Assembly: GCA_905178155.1 (NCBI GenBank) | Contig: CAJINV010000001.1 | Location: forward strand, 11,443,571 to 11,507,570 | Source: Amoebophrya sp. A120 | Lineage: Eukaryota > Protista > Dinoflagellata | Length of the DNA: 64,000 nt | Direction of reading: 5' to 3' | In this document: piece after piece, positions 36,898 to 48,900 of the stretch | Layout: each line of letters begins with the position of its first letter | How positions within the stretch are numbered: position 1 is the first letter of the stretch | Program-made: the position numbers and the translations under genes | The notes under the pieces: generated by a model | What the model was told of the DNA's origin: nothing | Seen by the model: the letters and a program-made list of their open reading frames with translations, nothing else | Database searches by the model: none

Positions 36898-39800
36898 TTA
36901 GAATTCGTCCTCGATTTTCGAGTGGACAGCAACAAAGTATCTCTCGGGATTATCTGCTAGCATCTCCGGGAATGTTCCCCATCCACCTTCCACTCGTTGC
37001 TTGTACGGGGCCATATTCTTCAACCGTTTTGCGTGGAAGCTCCGCCAATCCCACTGAAATTGGTCGTATGACCAGCGAGGATCGGTTCCATCAGAACCCG
37101 CGATCCACTTTTTTGCAAATTTTCGAAACATTTTGCGGAAATATGGGTGCCAGTCTTGGTCTAGTAGCTCCCGAGGCCCATATCGAGTGCGCGACCAGGT
37201 TTCGCGCAGGGAAGGGTTGAGACAGTAACCTGCGATCGAAATCGTTTACGTTTTTATTACATGCGCATGAAGATAAGATCAGCTCTTTTTGCACTACTTT
37301 CCCGTGTGAGTGACGTGAGTGGGGGCGGACTCGGGGCTGTAGGAGCTCCGGCGAGTACTTTCATGAGCTAAACTTGACCCCACTTACTGCTATCAAAACC
37401 AAAAGGGCCCCGCTCATCTATATATTTCATATCAACGTCAACGTCTAGATTTTCTTGGTAGTACAAAGGGTGTCTTACCGTGCTTCACCCTGTACTCCAA
37501 CGTTTGGTACACTGCGTCGTAGTTCTGGAAAAGAAACTCGGTCGCCATAACAAGTCGGCACCTGCCATCTAGAACAGCTACGTGCGGACTTGGTCCAAGT
37601 ACCCAATCTGCGTGTCTATCTATTTCGTGTGAGTCCATGTCCTTGTAGTTGTGAAACTGCTCAAAGGGATGTGGATTCCAAGTCACGACCTTTCCATCGA
37701 TGATCGATCGAGTGGTGATCGTGTGGTAAGGGAGGTGATCGAGTGGTGGGCGGCTATCTGCCCACCAACTCGGACTCGTAATAGCACCACTGTTGCGGGT
37801 TGGAGAGCGCGCCACCTTCTGGTGAAAGAAGTCGAGAACTTCGCGAAAGAAAGCTTTGTCGCTTTTGTGGCAGCCCTTTGCAAGTGCATCGGAATCGTAC
37901 TCGTGCAGTATTGTGTATCGCACGCTCTCCATGCTTTCATACGTCCGAGAAGGGTTACAGGTCTCTCTGGCCATCGTCATCAGAAACCGCACCTATAAAT
38001 ATCAGATTGAATTTAGGAGATCTTCTACTTCTAGGGACCTCATGGAGCGTTGGAAACAGCCTAAGAAAAATCTGACTAACATTCTGGAGAGGGGCGTCAT
38101 CCGTCGCAGCAGACGCAGACCATGATGTTGACGTACAAGAAAAAATGAGTATACATAGACATAGGTGTCGTGTTTTCTGTGAATATTAAATACGCTCCAC
38201 TCCGTGTCACGCAGCGGACGTCTCTGTCTTCCCGGAGATGTCTGCTTTTGGCTTTCAACAACAGTGTGGAACTTTTCCAAATAGTCCGTCCCACGATCGA
38301 CGAATACATTCCAGAAGTGCCGCGGCATCTTCGTCCCTACCTTTTCGCGCAGGACCTCCAAATACAAGTCCTCGCAGCTTTCTGTTCGACTCTCAATGTC
38401 AGTTGGTTCTCGCGAAGCGTCATTCTCAATGTCAGTTCTTTGTGTAGGGTTTCCAGCTGCGCCGTTTATCGTTTCTCCGGAAGTTCCACTTTCACTGTTT
38501 CCAGGGGGAGAGACCGACGCAGAGGAAGGAGAAACTGTTGCCGGGTCAGGTCCCGGTACGAAATCTTGGAACTGCTCATGACCTGAAGACGTTGTCGTCG
38601 AAGTTGCTAGATATGTTCCTGCCTCTAGCTGATTCTCTCCTTCCCCGTCTTCAGGGTCACTTGGGCACACACTGCTCGCAGCTGAGCTGTAGTCACTATG
38701 CCGTCTGCTCGCAGCTGAGCCGTAGCTATCCGAATCGGAGTCGCTTTCTGCTCCATCGCAGTCGCACAAGGCATCCTGGATTTTTGTCGGAAACTTGACG
38801 AGAAAATCTGAAGGATTGTCGGCTAACATCTCCGGCACGGGGCGGATTGGATACTTCCCCGTGTAGTGATCCGTGTGCTTTAAACGTTTCCCATGAAAGC
38901 TCCGCCAGTCCCACTGCAGCTGATCGTACGACCAGCGAAGGTCCGAGCCATCAGAGCCGGCTCGCCACTTCTGCGCCAGCTTCCGGAACATCTTCCGAAA
39001 AGCCAGATAATACTGCGCGTCCAGTCGCAGAGGATCATCATCGAAAAAGTGACGATAAGGCCTCGCGCCGTTGTCGTCGGACAGTTCCGCGGCTTTGTTC
39101 AAGCAATAACCCAATCGGACCGCGAATAGGCGTTCGTACACAAAGCTGGGCTTTTGGAAAAGAAATTCGGTTGCCATCGCGAGCCGGCACCTCCCATCCA
39201 AGGTCTTTTGATTCGGGTTCAGAGACATGTCTACTAGCTGTACTGGTGGACCGGCGGCAGCACGTTGCCGAGAAAAGGCACTGGTTTTAGGCGGATTCCA
39301 GACCACCACTGCCTTTGACTGCGTTTCTCGTTCGAGAAGCCTCGTCATAAAAGATAGATCTTCTGGTTCTGTGGACCGGCACGTCCTCGTGAAAAAAGTC
39401 TAGGACCTCGCGAAAGAAAGTTCGATCGTTTCTGTGACAACCCGTGGCGAGAGCTTTCGAGCTGTACAGGAGCCACTTGTTGGTAGTATCCGCGCGCCGA
39501 TGTGGCACTGTGGGCCCACATGTTTCTGTCGCCATCGTCATCAAGAGGTAAACCTAGTGGTGAGGATACACAATAGATTGACATGAGAGCCTGTCACATC
39601 CTTCTTCGAAGGAAACCGTAGTTAGTAATCGCACAAAACTTTCTTAACAATGCGATACTTAACTTCTGGCGTTGCCAAAAGCAAAAGCAAAAAGACACAC
39701 AGTACAATGAAATGCGATGCAATGCTGGTAAAAAGGTAAGCAGATTGCAGTCCATCAAGGTATTTTATGAAGTATCTAAATACGGTCCAATCCTGCTTCT

Positions 39801-41710
39801 GTTTCCCCCCTGGAGACGTGGTTCTCTCTGGCGGATGAAGTGTCCGAGCATTTTGGTTCCGATCCATTTCGAGAAGGAAATGTTCTAGGTAATCGACCCC
39901 CATGTCTATCTGCCTATTCCAATAATCCTCGGGTAGCTTTGCTCCAACCCTTTCACGCAAGACCTCAAGAAAAAGGTCTTCGCAGCTTTCTGTTCGATTT
40001 TCCGGTTGGCTATCGTGTCTGTATTGCTGCACCCCGTCTTGCTGCTGCATCTCCTGCGCAACACTTGTGGCGGCAGAGTGTAGAAGTTCTTGGCCTTCGG
40101 GTTGCTCATGATCATGAAGGCTGGTTTCCGACTGGTTTCCTTGCTCGCCTTCTGCTGTCCTTCGTTGCGCCACCTGGCTTTCAGCACTGCTGGTGCTGGT
40201 CAATTGTTGTTCGGTGGAACTACGACTCGCTTGTGACAGGTCAGCACTTTCCGGAGGATCAGGCGAACGACGCGGTCCTTCGCCTTGCTGATCCTCCTGT
40301 GAAGCGGAGCTGGCAGCAGCAGGGTTGTCTCCTTCTTGCGCATGTTGACGGTCATTAGTTTCAGTCTGCATTTCTTCTTCGCTTCCTCGGGGTGCAGTTC
40401 GTTCTTGCGCCGATCGGTTTTCGTCACTGTGGGTCGTTTCGTGCGCTGCCGGGGCACTTGAACTTTCTGGTGTCCGGCCACCTCTCAGTGAGAGGTGACG
40501 ATACAGAAGGGGCAGATACGTCACAGGGGATGACGATACAGAAGGGGCACCGGTCGGTGCTGTATGAACTTCACCAGGCAGCCGGATCTCCTGCTGCAGG
40601 TCGTGAAACTCTTCTTTTACGTGCTTGTCGTTTTTTGGGTCGAAGCTCCAGGGGTCGTAGACAAAACCAATAGGAAGAGAGGGAAATTCCATGCGATTAG
40701 CGCTCTGATCATAATGCGACTTCAGCCGAGATACGATCCAATTCCAGCGGAAATGCAAGTAGCTCCACTTCGGTCCCGAACCGTTCGACCTATTTCTCCA
40801 GAATGACGCGCGTCGGTAAAACTCAGCTCGGAAGATCTTGTGCCACTGCGGATGAACTAGCGGCTGGGTGCAGGAGTGCGGTCTCCGCTTCAACATGGCT
40901 TTTTCCGGCCAGTACCAATACTCGGCCTTGTTTTCCAGGTCCAGTTTTTCTCGCGGACCGGTATTCAGGCAATAACCTGTGCATTGATATAGTGTTTATA
41001 TTTAAGATAATCTTGTTTGCTTCCCTCGTCACGAGTTACTAGACTGATTCAATCATAAAATACTTGCTTCAGTTAGTCAGCCCACAAAAAACGTCGAAAT
41101 ATCAATCGCGTATGCGTTTCGTGAAGCCTTTTTCAAATCCATCAAGCGCGGGTCCAAAATTTCCCGTGCGGAGAAACTGAAACCGTAGGAGTGAAAACAA
41201 CAAAATCGACTTGAACAACGTCCTTGTTCTTTTTTATTTTCTATGTATACTAATTGGCTTTCTTCAAATAAAAAAAAAATGTGTACCATAAGCAATTTCG
41301 TCAAAAGCAATAGGCCCGAATTCATGCACCGTCTTCTGACTTTGGAACAGATACTCTGCCACCATTCCAATGCGGCATCGCTGCTCATGAATGCGACGGG
41401 CGCTGTCTGAAACTTTGGCCTTAATTGTGATACGGTCCTGGGTGTCATAGGTGCGCGGCACCAAATCTGCAGGATCATCCCAGACCACAAGAGGCGTTGA
41501 GGCAGAACCTGACGTAGGAGCCGGAATGCGTTCATGGAAAAATTCCCACACATCTTTGAAAAACTTCTCGTCTTGTGCGGGTAGGCAATGGGTTGTCTGC
41601 AGTCGCTCTGTGCCGTAAACTAGAACTTGCTGCAACGGCCAATAGCCCCTTAAATTCCAAGGCAGGAAGGTTCCGTAACAGTACGGCATCATCCCGAGAA
41701 CCGTGGCAAC
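36898..41710 (-). CDS. Multi-exon protein(s) with three tandem copies of an unrecognised Trp/Phe-rich domain
   Basis: ORFs 41264-41692, 39622-40896, 39287-39544, 38002-39348, 37438-37992 and 36898-37131 repeat the motifs SCEDL.LEVLRE.VG, C...D..FF.EV..FFH, RCR..M..E.LFQ and W...S.G....WSY....W.W. Confidence 0.7.
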
Positions 41711-41862
41711 CTGTAAGAATAATTGTTTGCTTTTTCATTTCGCATGATGCTGGCCTACTGCCAGTACAAACAAACAAGAACCAATTTTTGAATTTATAGC
41801 AGGATCTACTTTGCTGTCTTTGAGAAGATTAAGGAACGGCGCACGTTATTATAGTATAATCT

Positions 41863-43011
41863 CTAAAAAGAAAAAGGTCTAATGAATCCTGCTTGAAATT
41901 TTGTGACTTCTTGATCCTCGCCGGGTGGAAAGGAACAGACAAACTTGTAAACCAGCGTTGCGTCTTGAGGCATTCCTTTGTTCCACTTTTCTGGGTCGTA
42001 GTCCGAGGGAACACCGAACGAACACGGTCCTATTCCGCTCCAGTGACGCTTTTCTTCACCCGAAGCTTCGCCGAAGATCTTGGATGAAGAGTCCTTGTTT
42101 TTGCCAACCTTGTATGCGACTTGCGATTGCCAAGTGAAGCGAGCGTCGTATTCGGCCATATAATCTTGCTCGTACTCGTCGCCGTGGCCATAGTCTTCTT
42201 TGATGCAGGCACACAGTTCGTCGATCTTATTCCAAAACTTTTGCGCGCCGCAGTCCTCCGAGGTGTATACCATGCGTACGTCAGTCTCGTCAGGCTCCCA
42301 TCCAGAAGAATCTTCTAGTTCGCTGTCAGAATCACCGAACTCGACGTATGTCCGCATCTCCCCTTGGTAAACCACGTATTTGTATTTCACGGCCGCATCC
42401 GCTTTTTCCTCATTCGCAACACCAACAGATGTTGAGTGCTTGACATCAAGCACAGCTGAGTTTTCCTCTTTTTTCTGCCGTTTTCCGCTATCGTGTGCTT
42501 TTTTCATGGCATTCGCGGGAGTCGAATTCTTCGCGGTCGACTTTTTCACGGAGAAAGTGACCGAAGAGGTATTGCCTTTCGGGGCGTTGACTTTTGCGGC
42601 ACTGTCCTTCGCGGTGCTGGTTTTCGTTTTCGAGGCATTGGCTTTCGAGGCAGTGGCTTTCGAGGCATTGGCTTTCGAGGCGTTGGCTTTCGAAGCATTG
42701 GCTTTCGAAGCGTCGGCTTTCGAAGCATTGGCTTTCGAAATATTGGCTTTCGAGGCAGCGCGTTTCTTCTTCACAGTCGCCTTAGCCGCGGGGGCGGACT
42801 TCTTCTTCTTCTTCGTGGCAGGCGTAACCACCGCGGACGACGATGCCTTCATGGCGTTTTGCTTCTTCATGACGGTACTAGTACCACTGGGATCTTTTTT
42901 CTTGCCGAGCTTCTTTGTTTCCACCTTCTTCCCTTTCACCGTGACCGCTTTCATTGCCGGTGGCTTGATGTTGCCACCTTTTTTGTTGTTTGTGGCGCCA
43001 GACCCCGGCAT
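41863..43011 (-). CDS. Lys/Ala-rich (histone H1-like composition) N-terminus plus conserved unknown C-terminal domain, paralog 1
   Basis: ORF 41863-43056 with likely ATG at 43011 (MPGSGATNNKKGGNIKP). Its C-domain motifs KYKYVVY, FW.KID.LC..IK, EYDAR..W and YDP..WNKG.PQDATLVYK are shared with 43922-44887. Confidence 0.75.
   Translation of the reverse strand: MPGSGATNNKKGGNIKPPAMKAVTVKGKKVETKKLGKKKDPSGTSTVMKKQNAMKASSSAVVTPATKKKKKSAPAAKATVKKKRAASKANISKANASKADASKANASKANASKANASKATASKANASKTKTSTAKDSAAKVNAPKGNTSSVTFSVKKSTAKNSTPANAMKKAHDSGKRQKKEENSAVLDVKHSTSVGVANEEKADAAVKYKYVVYQGEMRTYVEFGDSDSELEDSSGWEPDETDVRMVYTSEDCGAQKFWNKIDELCACIKEDYGHGDEYEQDYMAEYDARFTWQSQVAYKVGKNKDSSSKIFGEASGEEKRHWSGIGPCSFGVPSDYDPEKWNKGMPQDATLVYKFVCSFPPGEDQEVTKFQAGFIRPFSF
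42628..42756. repeat. 15-bp coding minisatellite, 8+ copies, encoding (ASKAN)n
   Basis: TTTCGAGGCATTGGC-like units lie head-to-tail, in frame in the minus-strand ORF. Confidence 0.9.
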
Positions 43012-43921
43012 GATTTTGATTCGAATTTCTGTGCTTAGCCTCGCTGCCTCGAGCACACAAGATGAGTGCAGAAGAATACAGTACTACGGATCAGCTTCAA
43101 GCCAAGAACGCGGGCAAAGATAGAGAACGCTTAAAGAACGAGCACAAAAAGGGAAATACCATGTGGAAACAACGACTTTGTTCTGTAGTCGTGGTTATGT
43201 TTCTCTTCACATACGATCGGAGGACCTCGGATGGAACATTGTAAAACCATTAGAAAGGTTTTACTCGCCATGCATACGTCGCCCAGAAACAAACGATAGC
43301 AATCAGCACCAATCTGGTTCTGCATCTGTCGGATCCCTTCAAAGAAACGGTATGGACAACAGCACTCACTGAACTCTAACTCTAAGCGAATGAGAGCTAT
43401 ACTGAACTGTCTTTACCGGCGCAAGGTGGGATCGTGTCGATGTCCAGCCGCTTGAAATGGTGCAAAGGCTGATGATGATGATCCATCTTCATGTGCATCA
43501 GGGCATAAGCAGGAGCTCGTTAGAAATTTAAACTAGTAGATCTGTGGAGTTCCTCTGTCAGGAGCGAACCTGCTTCTTTGTGCCTGTGGTAGTATTGAAA
43601 CTTTTGGAACAAACGAAGATGGGAAAAAACGTCCCGCGATCTACTTTCCACATGAAAAAGTCTGCCTGTACTAAGAAACTCCAGTCGTGGCGCGCCCGAA
43701 GTGATGGGGTCAAAAGGATTGCGGAACGATTTTGATTTCGCACTCTCTTGCGCAAATAAGTACATTGTCGTGGCATGATTCGCATTCATTGTTGGAAATC
43801 AGCACGAAACTTCTGAGACGCTTCGTTTTCATAGCACATCAACACAAACTCGGAAGCTTAAGACCAAAAACCCTCTGCATCATCATCTCCGCAAGCATGT
43901 TAGCTCATCCTGTAGAGACTT

Positions 43922-44887
43922 CTAGCGCGTCACGCGCTTGACCAACACCGCGGTTTGATTTTGTGATCGGGGGCCAGCCACGCAGCGTGGAAAATCGCCG
44001 ACCATCTTGTAGACGAGGGTCGCATCTTGGGGAATTCCCTTGTTCCACTCAATCGGGTCGTAAAAATCTGGTTTGTATCCGCTCGAGAGGGGGTAAAGAG
44101 CTCCTAGCTCCTTCCAATACTTTCCCATTTCCGTCGAAGTTTGCCCGAAGACCTCGACCGAGGGATCCACTCCCCCGTCAATCGCGCCTCTGTCCGTCGT
44201 CTCTTCAACATGACATTTCCAGTGCAGACGGGCATCGTACTCACCCACGCGCATCGCGTCGGACGCACCGTCAAGAGAGCACACAAATTGGTCTTTGATC
44301 TCAGAACACAGACGATCGATCTTGATCCAAAACGAAAGCGTATCGCACCTCTCCGACGTGAATTCCTCCGTCACAGCGTTTTCCTCAAAAACGAAGTCCG
44401 CATTTCTTTCTTGCAGCGCACCCACATCGGCGGTGTACACAACGTACTTGTATTTTATTGGGGTCTTCTTTTTCGTTTTCTTCTCAGTCTCGGGTTTTTT
44501 GGCAGCACCAGTAGAAGGTGTATGTTTATCTTCGACGTCTTCCCTCTTCCCGTTCCCTTTGTCTTTCCTCATGACCGTTGCCGAGGTAGAAGGGTTCTTC
44601 GAACCAGACTTTTTCACGGTGGTGTTTGCTGTAGAAGAGGCCCGAGTAGACGGGTTGGGGTTGGCTTTTTTTTTCGGAGTCGCTTTCGCTTCGGGAGCAG
44701 CCTTCTTCATTTTCATAGCGGTACTGCTACTGGGTGCGGATGGTGCGGAACCTTTCACATCACCATCAGGGTTGACCGCTTTCTTCTTTTCCATCTTTTT
44801 CTCTTTTGCCGTGACCGCCTTCTTGGCCAGCGGCTTGATGTTGCCACCCTTTTTCTTATTTGTGGTTCCAGAACTCGTCCTCGGCAT
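43922..44887 (-). CDS. Lys-rich N-terminus plus conserved unknown C-terminal domain, paralog 2
   Basis: ORF 43922-44929 with likely ATG at 44887 (MPRTSSGTTNKKKGGNIKP). It is a tandem paralog of 41863-43011. Confidence 0.75.
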   Translation of the reverse strand: MPRTSSGTTNKKKGGNIKPLAKKAVTAKEKKMEKKKAVNPDGDVKGSAPSAPSSSTAMKMKKAAPEAKATPKKKANPNPSTRASSTANTTVKKSGSKNPSTSATVMRKDKGNGKREDVEDKHTPSTGAAKKPETEKKTKKKTPIKYKYVVYTADVGALQERNADFVFEENAVTEEFTSERCDTLSFWIKIDRLCSEIKDQFVCSLDGASDAMRVGEYDARLHWKCHVEETTDRGAIDGGVDPSVEVFGQTSTEMGKYWKELGALYPLSSGYKPDFYDPIEWNKGIPQDATLVYKMVGDFPRCVAGPRSQNQTAVLVKRVTR

Positions 44888-45959
44888 ATTGACTTCGATT
44901 TGGGTATGATTCTCTGTACGTAACTGCAACTGGAGCTGCTTGCCCCCGAGATGATGATTTCGGTACTGGAAAAAGCTTCACAACGGACACAAGGATCGGA
45001 TGGTAAAGGTAATTCCACTATCCCTAATGTTTCAAAGAGCAACGACACTGCGATGGTAGCAATCGGACTTCATGAAAACAAGCAAAACATCATGGAAAAT
45101 TCGGCTCGACATACACACTCACATCAAAAAGCAAAATCCAAGCGGAAATAGAATGTTGAATAGTGATCATAATCGCTCTGCTTGTACTTCTGCCGCGTCT
45201 GTTGGACTTGGATTGCAAGATCACCAAACGATATACTGAATTATAGGAGCTACAGTGTCTGCGATCGTACCGCCGTGGGATCATGTCGATGTATCGTCGC
45301 TTGAACTCGTTGAACAGTGGAACACATTGCTCTTCACTATCAAACCTAAACTCCCGAGCTGCGGCTATCCCAACATGATCCTCAGAAATGGGAATGAGTT
45401 TACCTTTTTTCCTTTTTGTTGCTCTGACACGATATCGCGCAATCTTTTTCATTCTACAGTAGAGACAGAGTTTGTCATCAGACAATGCCAATAGTAGCGT
45501 ACTCATTTCCGCGAAAGCTAATCTACATTTTTGACACTGTGTCCAGCAGCTGGAGCCGCCTCATTCCAGATTGATTTCTTCTTCTTCTCGGCGATCCGCT
45601 TATTCTGCAAGGTCTTGAAATACAGTAAGATTGATTCACTTAGACAAGCACAATCGGGGCGATTCAGATCATTTACCCACGTACGTCTGTCTGAAACTCA
45701 ATAAAATGATGAATACAGTAGCACGGCAATGGTGCCCAAGAATATTTTGTATACGAAACGCGAACTAATTTGCAAATGTGATTTGAAACAGAAGCTGCGA
45801 GGAGTCCACAATACCAATTCCAGTGGCAGTGGTGCGTCGGTCGTAGAGAGAAACTTTTTGCAACAGATTGATCAATTGAAATGCATTTGACAAGGAAGAA
45901 TGATACGCACATTTCGAACCCAAGAAGTCTCAGCCCGCTCTTTTCGGATGCACTATCTA

Positions 45960-48900
45960 TTACTGGCTCGAAAGTGTTTGCGGGTGGCGGGTCTCGCGCC
46001 GCCGTGGCGCTCGCGATGCACGGGCAGGCTGATCCTCACCTTCTGCACCTGCTGCTAGCGCACGCCCGGTCTGCACAACCGATGCCGCAGCGGTATTCCG
46101 CAGTCCTCCCGCTCCCGTGTTGTTGGACAGTGCGATGGACGCAGCACCTCCGCTGCCACTGACGGTTCTGGCATCTACCAGGGGCGTCGGGGCAGGTTGC
46201 GGCGTCGGAGCCGTCGCCCGTGCCGCCGGCATGAAGGAAATTGCGTCACTTGGGGGCGCAAGGATGACATCCTGCGACGGCCCGGCGATGTATGCCGAGC
46301 CGTCGCCCGCATCCGCGGCACGCGCAGATAGCACCTTGTTCTGGCGCTTTTCAAACAAGGCCTGCATTGCTGCCGTATCCTCCGCCGACAGAATTTCGGA
46401 CGCCTTTCCGCCACTCATGCCAAAACTCGTCCTATCGCCGGACGCAGCTGCAACTTTATTAGCTTTCATGTCAGCGGCTAGTTCTAGAGGATCTGCTGCT
46501 TCTCGTTCGACGGCTTTGACCGGTGCCTCTTCGCGATCCATCGGAGGAGCATCTCCTCCTTGCTTTGGCGCCGCGCTCCCGAAGGAAGCTGAACCCCCGC
46601 GGCCATTGAATCCGGATGTGCGCACAATGCTCGCGGTTCCGGCCGGCGCCTTCGCAGCCGCCGACGCGCGGGAGAAGTTTTGCGCGATCACGCTGGCACT
46701 GGAGGTGAGCGCGGGGGCCTTGTGCCCTTTGTCGTGATCCTCCGCCTGCCAGTGCGTGGACCGCGGGCCGGTTAGCGTCAGCATCTGCTTCACCTTGTTG
46801 ACTGCCGCTTTCATGCGGGGCGGGCCGCGACTGCGACGGTCGACCGTGTTGTGCAACGCATCCTGGTCACCAGCAACCAGCGCGTCTACGACATGGTCCG
46901 GAGTCGAGTTGCTCAACCTCCGTTCGACGCGATCGGTCTTCACGTGCGTGATCTTCTCCCGTTCGTGCGAAATCTCGTGGTGATGCGCGACCGCCGCCAC
47001 CCGCGCGACGCCGGCTTCGCGCTTGTAGTCGTAGGCCTGATTGTGCTTGGCGAGGACCCGCAGCTTGATCTGGTTCTCCACCTTGCGTATCCCTGCGCGG
47101 AATCGGTCCACCGGGGTGACACTTCGATTATCCCCCGTGGACGTCGCTGCGGCTCTGTCCGCCGAAACACTCCCGCTGCGCGGCGTTTTCTTTCGATACT
47201 CGAGAAAATCCCCTAAAGTCTTCGACTGGCGGCCGCTAGGCTCTCGCACGCTATCGGCAGCACGAGCAGCTGGGGACTTCGACCTCTCGGCGACGTACGC
47301 GTCAAGCGCCATGTTGTCCTTTTTCATTTCACCTCCAGGTTTTGCGTTTGATGACGTGGTTGAAACGCGAGATAGCCGGTTAACAACAGCGCTCACTTCG
47401 TCGCGACTGCCCGTTGCAGTTGCCGCGCTTTGCCGCACTGTTTCCTTCCACTTCTGGCCGTTCGCCAGCTGCCCTTCCGTGCGCGAGCTTCTTCTCGGGT
47501 TCACGTCGCGGTGCGCGAACTTCTTCTCGTACACGGAGGTTTTGTTGTTTCTCGAGGAGTCGCGCCTCTTCGCCCCGCTGATGGCGGACTGCAGCACGTC
47601 GCCAGCCATCTTGTTCAGCGCCGCACTTTCGTCTCCGGTCTTGTAGAACGCTGGGGGAGGGCCCTTTTTCCCGACTCGGTCCAATTCATCAGTATCCTCT
47701 TGATCTTCCAAATTTTCTGTTGGGCGATAAAACGCAGCGTCCCCGGCGGCACTGACCACGTTCTCGGCTACCGCGTTCAGCATTTGTTCCTGTTCCGTGA
47801 GCTGCGGTTGGCCGGCCGTAGAAACAGATCGCCGCTTGCCGGTCGGCAAGGCGACCGCGCTGACGCGCTGGGACTTCCGGGAACTCCGTGCCTGCGCGCG
47901 AAAGTCCTTCTCTTCCTGCGGTGCCAACTGGGGGGCCATGGACTGCCGTGCCTCGTTGCGAGCCTGCAACATGTACTCTCCGAAGACATCTTCAGTTGTA
48001 CCTTGGTTTGTTTTTGATGAAGTGGAATCTTTCCCGCGCGACACACCTCCTGGCAATACCAAAGTCAAACTATCCAGTGAAGGAATGCAAATGGAACGAT
48101 CCAACATCAAAAGACACTAACATCCTGAAAACACTCACCATCGAATTCCGCTGTTTCGTTGCTCGCTGCTTTACTGGACGACATTCTTTGTACGCTGCTG
48201 CCCGCGTCCTTGCTCGTCCTTCCCCCCAGACTGCTTGCAGCAACCACCTCGCTCAGCTCCAGACCCGGGCCTAGGCCCAGTACCTGCGACGCACTCTGCT
48301 GACTTGTCTTCACGGGGACCATCTTCATGTCCGCGCCGTCCGGACTGTCGCCGAAATCCGGGTGCACTTCGACCTCGCCGGCTTCGTTCACGAACCCCAC
48401 GGATCCGCCCAGAGGAGACCCAGGCACCTCCTCATCGGGAATGGTCAAGAAGTCCACTTTGTTCACCAACGTCATCAGTTCGTCCTGGCTGGCGTAGGGG
48501 TCTTCCCGGACGATCGTTTCGCGCTCTTCGCTCACCGCGGCTTCGTCACTGATCGCACCGTCTTGGTAGGTGGAGGGTTGCGGGGTTTGTTTCCTGCTGC
48601 CTCCATACGGCTCGCTTGTACGGCGGCCGAGGGAGGAGACTGCGAGTTCCGATTGCGCATACCCAGACCGCGCATCGCCACCATTAGAAGCCGTTCCGGA
48701 CCCTCGGAGCGAGGCCTCACGCGAGGTTCGAAGTGGCACTTGTTTGTTCTGTGCCGTTGTTGTCGTGGGAAGAACGTCGCCGCTGCTCCTATTCGCTTGC
48801 GAGGGCCCGCTACTCGTGTCGGCAGTAGAGCCGGGCACTTTCATGCGCTCTACGCGGGACCCTGACGCGGTCCTGTTCAAAGTGTCCCTTATCGCTGCTT

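Noticed and set aside
42628-42756. CRISPR-like repeat array
   Set aside because: The 15-bp units are contiguous with no spacers and are in frame within a coding region; no cas genes are present.
42380-43123. Long plus-strand ORFs (also 8415-9299, 44141-44923, 55612-56427, 52893-53582 and others)
   Set aside because: These are antisense shadows of GC-rich minus-strand coding sequence, with no recognisable motifs.
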